Shown in pieces: positions 55,129-64,000 of a stretch of 64,000 nt of DNA (within the stretch, counting starts at the first letter, position 1; every line of letters begins with the position of its first letter). The translations under genes were made by a program, and so were the position numbers. A model generated the notes under the pieces. That model searched no databases. It had not been told where the DNA came from and saw only the letters and a list, made by a program, of their open reading frames with translations. Source of the stretch: Planktothrix sp. GU0601_MAG3 (GTDB lineage Bacteria > Cyanobacteriota > Cyanobacteriia > Cyanobacteriales > Microcoleaceae); assembly GCA_035193785.1 (NCBI GenBank), contig CP136572.1:4276578-4340577 (forward strand). The letters are read 5' to 3'.

Positions 55129-56532
55129 TGGATATTCGCTTAACGGGCATACAACTTAGTTATTTAGTAGCCGTCACCTTCTTTTTCTTTGGATTGAAAA
55201 AATTAGGATCTCCTGCAACGGCTAGAAGTGGCAATTTATGGGCAGCTATCGGGATGTTAATTGCCGTGGTTGCTACTATGTTAGATCGGCAGGTTTTAAA
55301 CTATGAATGGGTCGTTCTTGCCTTAGTCATTGGTTCGGTGATTGGGGCAGTGATGGCCTATAAAATTCAAATGACAGAAATGCCCCAAATGGTGGGGTTA
55401 CTCAACGGTTTGGGGGGTGCCGCTTCTTCTATGGTGGCGGTGGGAGAATTCTGGCGCTATTTAGCCCTAGCAGAAACTCCCCCTTTAGGCACAACAATTA
55501 CCGCAATTTTAGGGGTATTAATTGGGGGAATAACCTTTACAGGTTCGATGATTGCCTTTGCTAAATTGCAAGGGATTATGAGTGGTTCTCCGATATTATT
55601 TCCCCTGCAACAACAGTTTAATATTCTGCTGTTTGTTGCTTTTGGACTAGGCAGTATTTATATCTGCATCACACCTTTTAATGTAGCGGTGTTTTTAGGG
55701 TTAGTCTTCATTTCCCTAATTTTGGGGGTGTTATTTGTCATTCCCATCGGGGGTGGCGATATGCCCGTGGTGATTTCTCTGTTAAATTCTTTTTCTGGGT
55801 TAGCAGCATCAGCCGCCGGGTTTGTGGTGATGAACAACCTGTTAATCATTGCTGGGGCGTTAGTGGGGGCGTCGGGGATTATCCTAACGGTGATTATGTG
55901 TAAGGCGATGAACCGTTCTTTAACTAACGTGCTATTTGCCGGATTTGGAACCGGAGAAAGCGGTTTCTGGGACTGTTAGTGGGGTGGGTTCGACGGATCA
56001 AACCATCCGCAGTATTGACGCCGAGGAAGGGGCGATGATGTTGGGATATGCCCGTTCTGTGGTGATTGTACCCGGATATGGCATGGCCGTAGCCCAAGCC
56101 CAGCATAGTGTTAAGGAGTTGGTGGATCAGTTAGAAAGTAATGGGGTGGATGTCAAATATGCGATTCATCCCGTGGCGGGACGGATGCCGGGGCACATGA
56201 ATGTGCTGTTAGCGGAGGCGAATGTTCCCTATCCTCAGCTATATGATATGGATGACATTAACCCGCAGTTTGATCAAACCGATGTGGCGTTAGTTATCGG
56301 AGCGAATGATGTGGTTAACCCAGCGGCACGGGAAGATAAAAATAGTCCCATTTATGGGATGCCGATTTTGGATGTGGACAAAGCTAAACATACCATTGTG
56401 ATTAAACGCGGTATGAGCACTGGGTTTGCTGGGGTGGAAAATGACCTGTTTTATAAGGATAAAACCATGATGTTGTTTGGCAGTGCTAAGGATGTTGTGG
56501 CTAAGTTAGTTTCGGAAGTTAAACAACTGTAG
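55128..56532 (+). CDS. pntB: NAD(P) transhydrogenase subunit beta; apparent frameshift at about 55965
   Basis: MTEMPQMV, GGGDMPVVISLLN, VPGYGMAVAQAQ, HPVAGRMPGHMNVLLAEA. Confidence 0.96.
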
Positions 56533-56546
56533 TCCTGGTTGATTGA

Positions 56547-56598
56547 CAAAATCATACTGGTTGGTTATCTTGAAATCATCGAACCAGTATGATTTTGC
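56547..56598. terminator. Stem-loop after pntB
   Basis: caaaatcatactggtt...aaccagtatgattttg 16-bp perfect arms. Confidence 0.6.
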
Positions 56599-56619
56599 AA
56601 AAATAATCCCAAAAATGCA

Positions 56620-57925
56620 ATGTTGATAGAATTTCGAGTAGCCAACTACAGATCAATTGGTGAAGAACAAGTGTTAAGCTTGGTTCCTGCCCCAAAGCAA
56701 AAGGAGCATTCTGAGAATATTATTCAAAGGGGAAAGCATCAGTCTTTAAATGCTGTGGCTATATATGGTGCTAACGCTAGTGGAAAATCCAACCTGTTGA
56801 AAGCAATGGGTATATTAGGAAAATTAATTAATTTTTCTGCGCGTTTCTCTTCGACAACAAAGTTACCATACGACCCTTTTTTACTTAGAGAAGATTGGAT
56901 TAATAAACCTACTTTTTTGGAAATTGTTTTTTTAATTGCAGAAGATAGATACAGATATGGAATTGAGTTCAACCAAAATGAAATACTTTCAGAATGGTTA
57001 TTTAGAAAATCTATAGGAAGGGAAGTTAACTTATTTCAAAGAAGCCAAGATATAATTGATGTTTCTTCGGGTTTAAAAGCTTCTTCAAAGATTATTGATG
57101 CTGCAATAGAAGGAACAAGAGACAACGGATTATTTTTATCAACTTGCGATATATTAAATATTGAAGAAGCAAAAAATATTCTTCATTGGTTCAAGAAATA
57201 TACAATCATCGACGGATTAAATACAGAGAATGAGGCAATCAAAACCATTAGTCTTTGGGACGATCAAGAATATCGCCAAAAAATTAAGGAATATTTTACT
57301 AGCCTAAATTTTGGAATTATTGATTTAGAGGTTTCAAGACCAAGATTTTGATCCATTAGAATTGTCAGAAAAAATACCAGATGAATTTAAGAATTTTTTG
57401 ATTAACGAACTCACCGGAGCGAAAAAATATACTGTCTATTCAACACATCGTATTTATGACAGTCAAGGCCAAGAAACTCAAGAATCAAAAGATTGGGAAT
57501 TAAATAAAAATGAATCCCCAGGAACTCAAAAAGTATTTCATTTAAGCGGGCCTATACTATGGACTTTGATGAATGGAGGTATATTAATTATTGACGAAAT
57601 AGAAGGAAAATTGCATCCGATAATCACGCTTCATACAATCAATATGTTTTTGAATAATAAGACTAACCCTAATCATGCTCAATTAATTTTTGCTACCCAT
57701 GATACTAATTTATTGTCCTATGCTAATTTGAGAAGAGATCAGATATATTTTACTGAAAAAAATCATTGGGAGTCAACGGAATTTTATTCTTTATCTGATT
57801 TTATTTATATGGGTAAAAAAAACGGGGTATCTGAAAAAGAAAGACCCGATACAGATAAAGAAAAAAGGTATTTTGAAGGTAGATATGGAGCAATTCCAGT
57901 TTTGGGAAATTTTAATCTAGTGTAA
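56620..57925 (+). CDS. RloA-like ABC/AAA_21 ATPase; apparent frameshift at about 57333
   Basis: F.V.NYRSI, YGANASGKSN, ES.GT, IIDEIE..LHP, QLIFATH, Y.EGRYGAIP. Confidence 0.88.
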
Positions 57926-57937
57926 TTAAAAAAAGCA

Positions 57938-58684
57938 ATGGCAAGGAAAGGTAAGTTAGGAAAAAAGGCAACTAAAGAAACAATTGAACGTCCAAAAAGA
58001 CTGAAGCCCTACGAATACTTTTTTTTAATTGTTTGTGAAGATGAAAAAACTGAGCCAGAATATTTTCAACAATTTGTAGATCTGTTTCCCGAGCGCACAT
58101 TGTATGTAAGACCAGTAGGTACAGGTTTATCACCGTTAGGTGTTGTCAATCGAGCAATTATTGAAAAAGCTAAATTAGAAGCAGAATCTAAAAAAGAGTT
58201 TGGCAGAGATGATGCTGTTTGGGTTGTTTTTGATAAAGATGATGCTGATCTAAATGATACTACAAGACGGAATTTTGATGAAGCATTTAAAATAGCAAAA
58301 CAAAATAAATTTGAAATCGCATACAGTAACGAAGCTTTTGAGCTTTGGTTTTTACTACACCTAGAAGAAGTGCCTTCACATCCTCCTATTCCTAGATCGG
58401 ATATTTACACTCGTCTAGGAGAACTTATAAGGCAAAATCCCAATGAGTCTAATTTCTTATACGATCATGGTAATATAGAAATAGTTGAAAAAATAAACCA
58501 ATTTGGTAACGAATTAAACGCAATTGAACGGGCTGAAATTCTTTTACAAGCACAAAAGGGAGTTGCACCAATACAAGCTAATCCCAGTACAAAAGTTCAT
58601 TTACTTGTCCAAGAGTTAAGAGAGTGGATTCGTTACTATACTCCCGATTGTGCCACAGAAACCGGATTTCTCAACAAATCTTGA
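57938..58684 (+). CDS. RloB family protein
   Basis: LIVCE..KTEPEYF, VWVVFDKD, SNEAFELWFLLH, NPST.V..LV. Confidence 0.88.
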   Translation: MARKGKLGKKATKETIERPKRLKPYEYFFLIVCEDEKTEPEYFQQFVDLFPERTLYVRPVGTGLSPLGVVNRAIIEKAKLEAESKKEFGRDDAVWVVFDKDDADLNDTTRRNFDEAFKIAKQNKFEIAYSNEAFELWFLLHLEEVPSHPPIPRSDIYTRLGELIRQNPNESNFLYDHGNIEIVEKINQFGNELNAIERAEILLQAQKGVAPIQANPSTKVHLLVQELREWIRYYTPDCATETGFLNKS

Positions 58685-58721
58685 TGGGATACAATTAATC
58701 TTAATTATAAACCCGGTTTCT
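58657..58721. repeat. 65-bp AGAAACCGGGTTTCT doublet element, copy 3 of 3 (overlaps rloB 3' end)
   Basis: agaaaccggatttct...gatgggatacaattaa...ataaacccggtttct. Confidence 0.75.
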
Positions 58722-58729
58722 TGAATACT

Positions 58730-59918
58730 CTACTTTAAAGAATTAAGATGACGATTCATATTATTTAAGTCAATTTCTAAGCGTCGATAATCTCCCGCCG
58801 ATAATAGGGGATCTTTACGAGATTTTAATACCTGTTTCTATGGGTAGAATCCGAAACTGATATTTCCCATTCTGCTCATAGCGATGTACCCAAGTGGGTA
58901 GGGTTTGAATGTCTTTAATTTCAATGGTTTTATCGGGAAAATTCTTTAAAATATTCACTTTAAAAATCAGCCCCAAATCTCGATATTTTTCCCGTTGATT
59001 GGAGACAAAATTTCCCATAGAATAAATAACGACGGCTTTTTTCGGCTTTCCTAATTTCCCGGTTTGTTCAAAAATTTGATAGGGTTGCACAACATGGGGA
59101 TGACTCCCTAAAATAATATCAGCCCCGGCATCAACTAACTGTTTCACTAGGGTTTTTTGGGCGGTATTCGGTTGACGTTGATATTCTGAACCAAAATGTA
59201 AAATAACCGTGACCACATCTACCCCTAATTTCCGAGCTTTAGTAATATCTTGGGTAATTTTTTTAGCATCTATTAATGAGACTAAATAATTTTTACCCTT
59301 GGGAATCGGGATACCATTAGTACCATAACTATAAGCAAAAATTGCCATAGAAATATTATTTTTTTCAACAATAACTATTTTTTCAGCTTCCTCAACCGAG
59401 GCGGCGGTTCCCACGGAAATTAAACCTCGTTTTTTCACATTTTCCAAGGTTTTTAAAACCCCTTTTTCTCCCCGATCCAAAGAATGATTATTTGTAGTTG
59501 AGATAATATTAAATCCGGCTTTAGCGATCGCATCTGCTAAAGAATCTGGAGCATTAAATAAAGGATATCCTGTATATCCGGTTTTGGGGCCTGCCAGGGT
59601 GGTTTCTAAATTGCCAATTACCCAATCTCCCGAGGATAAAATGCCCTTAACTTCCTTAAAGAAATTATCATAATTGTAGGTTTTTGTAGTTGGGTTATAA
59701 CCGGATTTAATTTGAGATCCGTGCATCATAATATCCCCCACGGCGATTAATTCTGCTTCTTTGGTATAAGGTTGGGGTTTGGGGGGTTGAGGTTTAATAA
59801 TTTCTGCGGCGACTTCTGTTGTTTTTGTTGGATTTGGATTACCACATCCCCCGATAAAAATAAAAAAACCACTGGTTAATATTAAAGTCATCCATCTACT
59901 TTTAAAAATCATATCCAT
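58730..59918 (-). CDS. CapA/PgsA-family metallophosphoesterase lipoprotein; apparent frameshift at about 58836
   Basis: Lipobox IGGC; AVGDIM.H, GNLET, NNHSLD, HFG.EY, GSHPHV, YSMGNF. Confidence 0.88.
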
Positions 59919-60125
59919 AAATTCATTTTCACCCTAGAATTTTGATGATTTTACCGCAATTGTTACCCCGATCAGAGCAATCATTGGGCCAGTCCCAGAT
60001 GGGTAATTGGTTTTGATTGATCAGAGCATGGGGTAATTTATTAAGAATCCGATCGCTTGGATGTAGGGTAAACTATAGGGGATGGGTTGGAGAACTCGGA
60101 CTTGGTTAAGCAGACAAAGCTATTC

Positions 60126-62595
60126 ATGCAAAATTATCAACGGACTGATGCTGGTGTGGTCTCGGATCGACGCCCGAATTTTTTGGCCTGGATATCCCGC
60201 AGCAGCGTTATTCTAACTTTAGTATTACTTTCGGCGGGGGTCAGCATGGCCCAGTCCCCAGCCCCCAAGTCTCCAGAAACCGAAACCCACCACTCCCACA
60301 AAAACCCTATCCCCCAAGGAGCGGCTGGAACTCGAACAACTGCGACAACAGCAGCTTTTGCAGGAACAGGTGCAAGCAGAAGCTCAACGCACCTTTAAAC
60401 AGACAATGACGCTGTTTAATCTCCTGTTAGGATTGTTAGGGGTTTTATTAGCAGCAACCCTGGTGGGATTATGGTTATTACGGCGTTCCGTTGTCCGAGA
60501 AGTAACCGTTATTGTGAAAAATCATCTGAATGAATTAGGGGATTTAGAAGGAAAAATTGCCGCCGCCAATCAACAAATGCAAGCGGTAATTCAAGAAACT
60601 GATCGGATTGCTCAAGACCTGAATGCAGAAGCGGATGATTTTGAGGATGAATTGGGAAACCGTCGCGATCAAATTGGGGAATGGTTAACCGAATTATCCC
60701 AAGTTCGTCAAGGTGCATTACAAAATTTTCAAAAGGAAACTCAGGAAGTTACCCAGGAACTTCATCGCCTAGAAATTGAGTTTTCTCAACAATTGGCAGG
60801 GTTACAAAATCGCGCCAGTAATCAACAGGATTTAATCTTGCAAAATTTAGATCAACTGGGCACAAATTATGCTAATCATGTTGCTGGGTTGCAGGCGGAT
60901 GTGGATGGTCAAAAAAATACGGTTTTAGAGAATTTTAAACAATCAGAAGCAACTTTAACGAGCCAATTATCCGAGTTACAAATTCAAGTTCAAAATCAAC
61001 GCGATCGCCTATTCAAAACTCTTGAACAGGTAAGTACGGAATTTAAAAGCACCGTATCCGGTTGGCAAACCGATGTAGAAGGTCAAAAAAATACCGTGGG
61101 CAAGAATTTACAACAAATTGAAACCGAATTAGCTCAGGAGTTATCCCAACTGCAAAAACAGGCGGAAACCCAAAAAGATCGGGTTTTTGCCCGTTTAGAA
61201 CGCTATGAAACGGATTTCGCCCCGCAACTAGAAGAAATTAGAATTAAGTCGGAACAAAAAGCTCAGGAACAAATTGATTTAGCTCTGAAAAATTTAGAGA
61301 AATTTGGCAATGATGCGGTGACTCAACTCTCCGATTCCCAGGGCAGAATTCAAGGACAAATGGAGCAGAAACTCCAACGGATTCAACAGTTAGAACAGCA
61401 AGCGGAAACTCAACTAGCAACCTATCAACAACAATTACAGGTTCAAGTCGATGAAAAGTTACAAAGATTACAACAATTAGAAGCGGAATATGCCGCCATA
61501 ATTGCCGATAGTCAAACGGGATGGAAAACCCAAAAAGAACGCATTGTCCAACGGTTAGAGAAGTTTGATCAAGATGTCAATGGGGTAATTGAACAGTTAA
61601 GAGGAGATTTGCAAACCCGCAAGGATTCTACTTTTAGTAAATTGGATAAATTTGATTTAATGTTAACGGAGCAGATCACAGAAGTTCAGGCGGATGCTAA
61701 TGCTCAAAAGGCGGGTATTTTCCAAGAATTGGTGGCAATGCAGTCGGAAGCTTTGGCGAGAAAAGATGAAATTCTCCAACAGTTATTAGCTGTTGCGCCA
61801 ACGGATTTAATGGAATCGGCGGTGTCAGAAATGATGCAGAAAATTGACACCATTTCCGAGCAATTGGATCGGTTAAAATCCAATAAACCGGAGTTATTTT
61901 TAAAGGTTGATGATTATGTTCAACGGGGGAATTTATTGTTTGCTGAAGGTCGTTATGAAGATGCTTTAGCCACCTTTCATCAAGTAGTAGAATTGCAGCC
62001 TAATGATTATCGATCTTGGCTAAATCGAGGCATGGCATTGAGTCGCTTAAAACGTCAGAATGAGGCGATCGCATCCTATAAAAAAGCCCTAGAAATCAAG
62101 CCAGATTATCACCAAGCCTGGGTCGATTTAGGTGTAGCCTATGGCAAATTACAAAAACATCAAGAAGCCTTTGAAGCCTTTGATCAAGCGGTGAAAGCCA
62201 AACCAGAAGATAGCGTGGCTTGGTTAAATCGGGGCATGGCATTACAAGCAATTGAAAGATATCAAGATGCGGCAACATCCTTTGATAAGGCGATTGAATT
62301 TGACCCGGATAATTCTAAAGCCTGGAATTATCGCGGTTATGTTTTAATTAAGTTAAAACGGGGAAAAGAAGCGCTGGAAAGTTTAGAGCGGACGTTAACT
62401 TTAAAGCCAGATTATGCCGATGCTTATTATAACAAAGCAATTATTTATGCCCAACAACGTCAAACGGAATTAGCCGTTGAAAATTTGGAGCAAGCAATTG
62501 ATCTGAGCACCCGTTATCGAGAGGAGGCCAAAACCGACCCGGATTTATATGCAATTATTAAGTTTTTGCGTCCGAAAGCTAAACTTCAATCCTAA
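60126..62595 (+). CDS. Membrane-anchored coiled-coil protein with C-terminal TPR repeats; apparent frameshift at about 60284
   Basis: Signal-like segment, TM, long Q/E-rich coiled coil, TPRs (WLNRG.AL..L.RY..A...F.KA). Confidence 0.85.
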
Positions 62596-62602
62596 TAACC
62601 CC

Positions 62603-62719
62603 GTTGTTGGGCTGTTGTTGGGCTTTAGCCCCTCCTAATTGTTAGGCTTTAGCCCCTTTAGCCCCTCCTAATTGTTACGATAACCTCCCTAAGAAGAATG
62701 GGCTAAAGCCCAACAACAG
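62603..62719. repeat. REP-like element with 20-bp perfect inverted arms and internal partial copies
   Basis: CTGTTGTTGGGCTTTAGCCC (62612-62631) / GGGCTAAAGCCCAACAACAG (62700-62719). Confidence 0.75.
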
Positions 62720-62744
62720 TGCCTTTCTTAAAATTTTAATAGTT

Positions 62745-64000
62745 ATGACCCTAGAAAATAACCCTCCCAACCCTGTTCAAATTTCCCTAAATTTGTCGGG
62801 AGGAATTGCCCTCGGAGCCTATATGGCTGGAGTGTGTTTTGAATTAGTTAGACAAGCCAGAAAAGACAATTCTCCCCTATTAATTGATGTGATTACCGGA
62901 GCATCTGCTGGGGCGATGAGCGGAGCAATTACAGCTTATTATTTATTAAATCGAGGGATTACTGATCCTGAGTATGAATCCCAAAATCTCTTACAAAGAG
63001 CTTGGGTAGAAAAAGCGGATATGAAAGATATTGATACGGTTTTCGCCATAGAAGATTACCGTCAAGTTTTGAAGAATTTATTTAAAAGTCAAAATGAAAG
63101 TTTATTATCTCAAAAAGGAATTAAAAATATTGCTAATTTAATTGCGGAAAATACCGAGCAACTAAAAGTTCATCAACCCTTAGCCTTAGTAATGACGGTT
63201 ACGAATTTACAAGGGCTGTTAGTCACCCACGAAAACAAATGTCGCAATTTTTCCGGTATTCCCGCCGTTAACCATGCAGAAACCCGGCAGTTTTTGTTTC
63301 ATTCCGAGTTAAATCGTCAAGGCGATCGCTTACAAAAAATCTGGAAAAAAGTAATTGATACCAGCCTAATTTCGGGGGCATTTCCCGTTGCTTTTCCTCC
63401 GATTCAAGATTCATCTAATGTTAAAAGTTATAACTTAAAAAATCTGAGTCCAGCTTATTTTACAATATGTGATGAATCCAGAAAACAACAGCTAGATCCG
63501 AATCTACCGATGTTTTGTACCCAGGAAACTCTCAGATTTTGGTATAGTGATGGGGGAATTTTAGATAATTTACCCATTCTCAAAGCCATTGATTTAGAAG
63601 CCAGGATTCATTTAAGTTCTTTGCCTAATTCAGAGTATTTAATCCAAGAAGAGGGGGCGGATTTTATTAAATTTAGTCATGATTTTAACAGCAAAATTAA
63701 AGCGGAAAGAGATCGGCGAATTTATGCTTATGTTTCTCCCTCATCTTTGGAAAATTTAGAAAGTAGACCCAGCTTAAAAAAGAACTATTTTAATCTATTT
63801 GATTTATTATTTGATGGGTTGAATATTCCTTCTGCTCAACAGGATGCGATGCAGTTAAAACGGATTGTGGAAATTAATCAACAAGTGGATTATAAAGAAA
63901 ATATATTATCCCTTTTAGAAACTTTATCCCCCAACCAGTCCGGGGAAACTATCTCTCAAATAAAAACTGACCTAGAAAAAGCTATCCCCTATCATCATAT
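62745..64000 (+). CDS. Patatin-like phospholipase (runs off window; absent from ORF track)
   Basis: LSGGIALGAYMAGV, nucleophile motif GASAG, in-frame DGG at about 63549. Confidence 0.88.
   Translation, partial: MTLENNPPNPVQISLNLSGGIALGAYMAGVCFELVRQARKDNSPLLIDVITGASAGAMSGAITAYYLLNRGITDPEYESQNLLQRAWVEKADMKDIDTVFAIEDYRQVLKNLFKSQNESLLSQKGIKNIANLIAENTEQLKVHQPLALVMTVTNLQGLLVTHENKCRNFSGIPAVNHAETRQFLFHSELNRQGDRLQKIWKKVIDTSLISGAFPVAFPPIQDSSNVKSYNLKNLSPAYFTICDESRKQQLDPNLPMFCTQETLRFWYSDGGILDNLPILKAIDLEARIHLSSLPNSEYLIQEEGADFIKFSHDFNSKIKAERDRRIYAYVSPSSLENLESRPSLKKNYFNLFDLLFDGLNIPSAQQDAMQLKRIVEINQQVDYKENILSLLETLSPNQSGETISQIKTDLEKAIPYHH

Noticed and set aside
3299..60400. Massive pseudogenisation or programmed frameshifting
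   Set aside because: Breaks hit core genes, the proteins are otherwise undegraded, and the extra base occurs in both strand orientations of one motif; a sequencing artefact is more parsimonious
154..62278. Many short ORFs antisense to or overlapping recognised genes (e.g. 154-357, 6908-7219, 16935-17225, 44126-44587, 54281-54619)
   Set aside because: Shadow ORFs of well-supported genes with no recognisable motifs
1..64000. tRNA, rRNA, prophage or integrase genes
   Set aside because: None recognised by eye; tRNAscan/Infernal not run

Overview
Chromosomal window from a filamentous cyanobacterium (Oscillatoriales, probably Planktothrix-like). The evidence is frequent HIP1 GCGATCGC sites, AGAAACCGGGTTTCT repeats, psbN/psbH and tetrapyrrole genes. 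It is mostly housekeeping DNA: recG, surE, ho1, hemJ, acsF, aroC, psbN/psbH-tatA-pth, an RND efflux operon, a NitT/TauT ABC transporter, ispH, mnmG, a multi-PAS adenylate cyclase, the rpmH-rnpA-yidC-jag-ycf46 cluster and pntAB. Accessory pieces are two IS200/IS605 TnpB elements, BrnTA, RloAB, an orphan DNA methyltransferase, MITEs and REP-like repeats. Two things stand out. (1) A compact operon at 15166-19377 encodes a stand-alone adenylate kinase, a KAP-family P-loop NTPase and two paralogous four-CBS-domain proteins, with a divergent HTH gene and 10-bp tandem repeats. I do not recognise it as a described system; it is a candidate adenylate-sensing or defence module. (2) 23 of the 25 frameshifts I traced are repaired by deleting one base from GAAAC/GTTTC. 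This points to a motif-specific sequencing artefact at GAAC/GTTC, the canonical Dnd phosphorothioation motif. All calls are from reading the sequence and recalled family motifs; no database searches were run.
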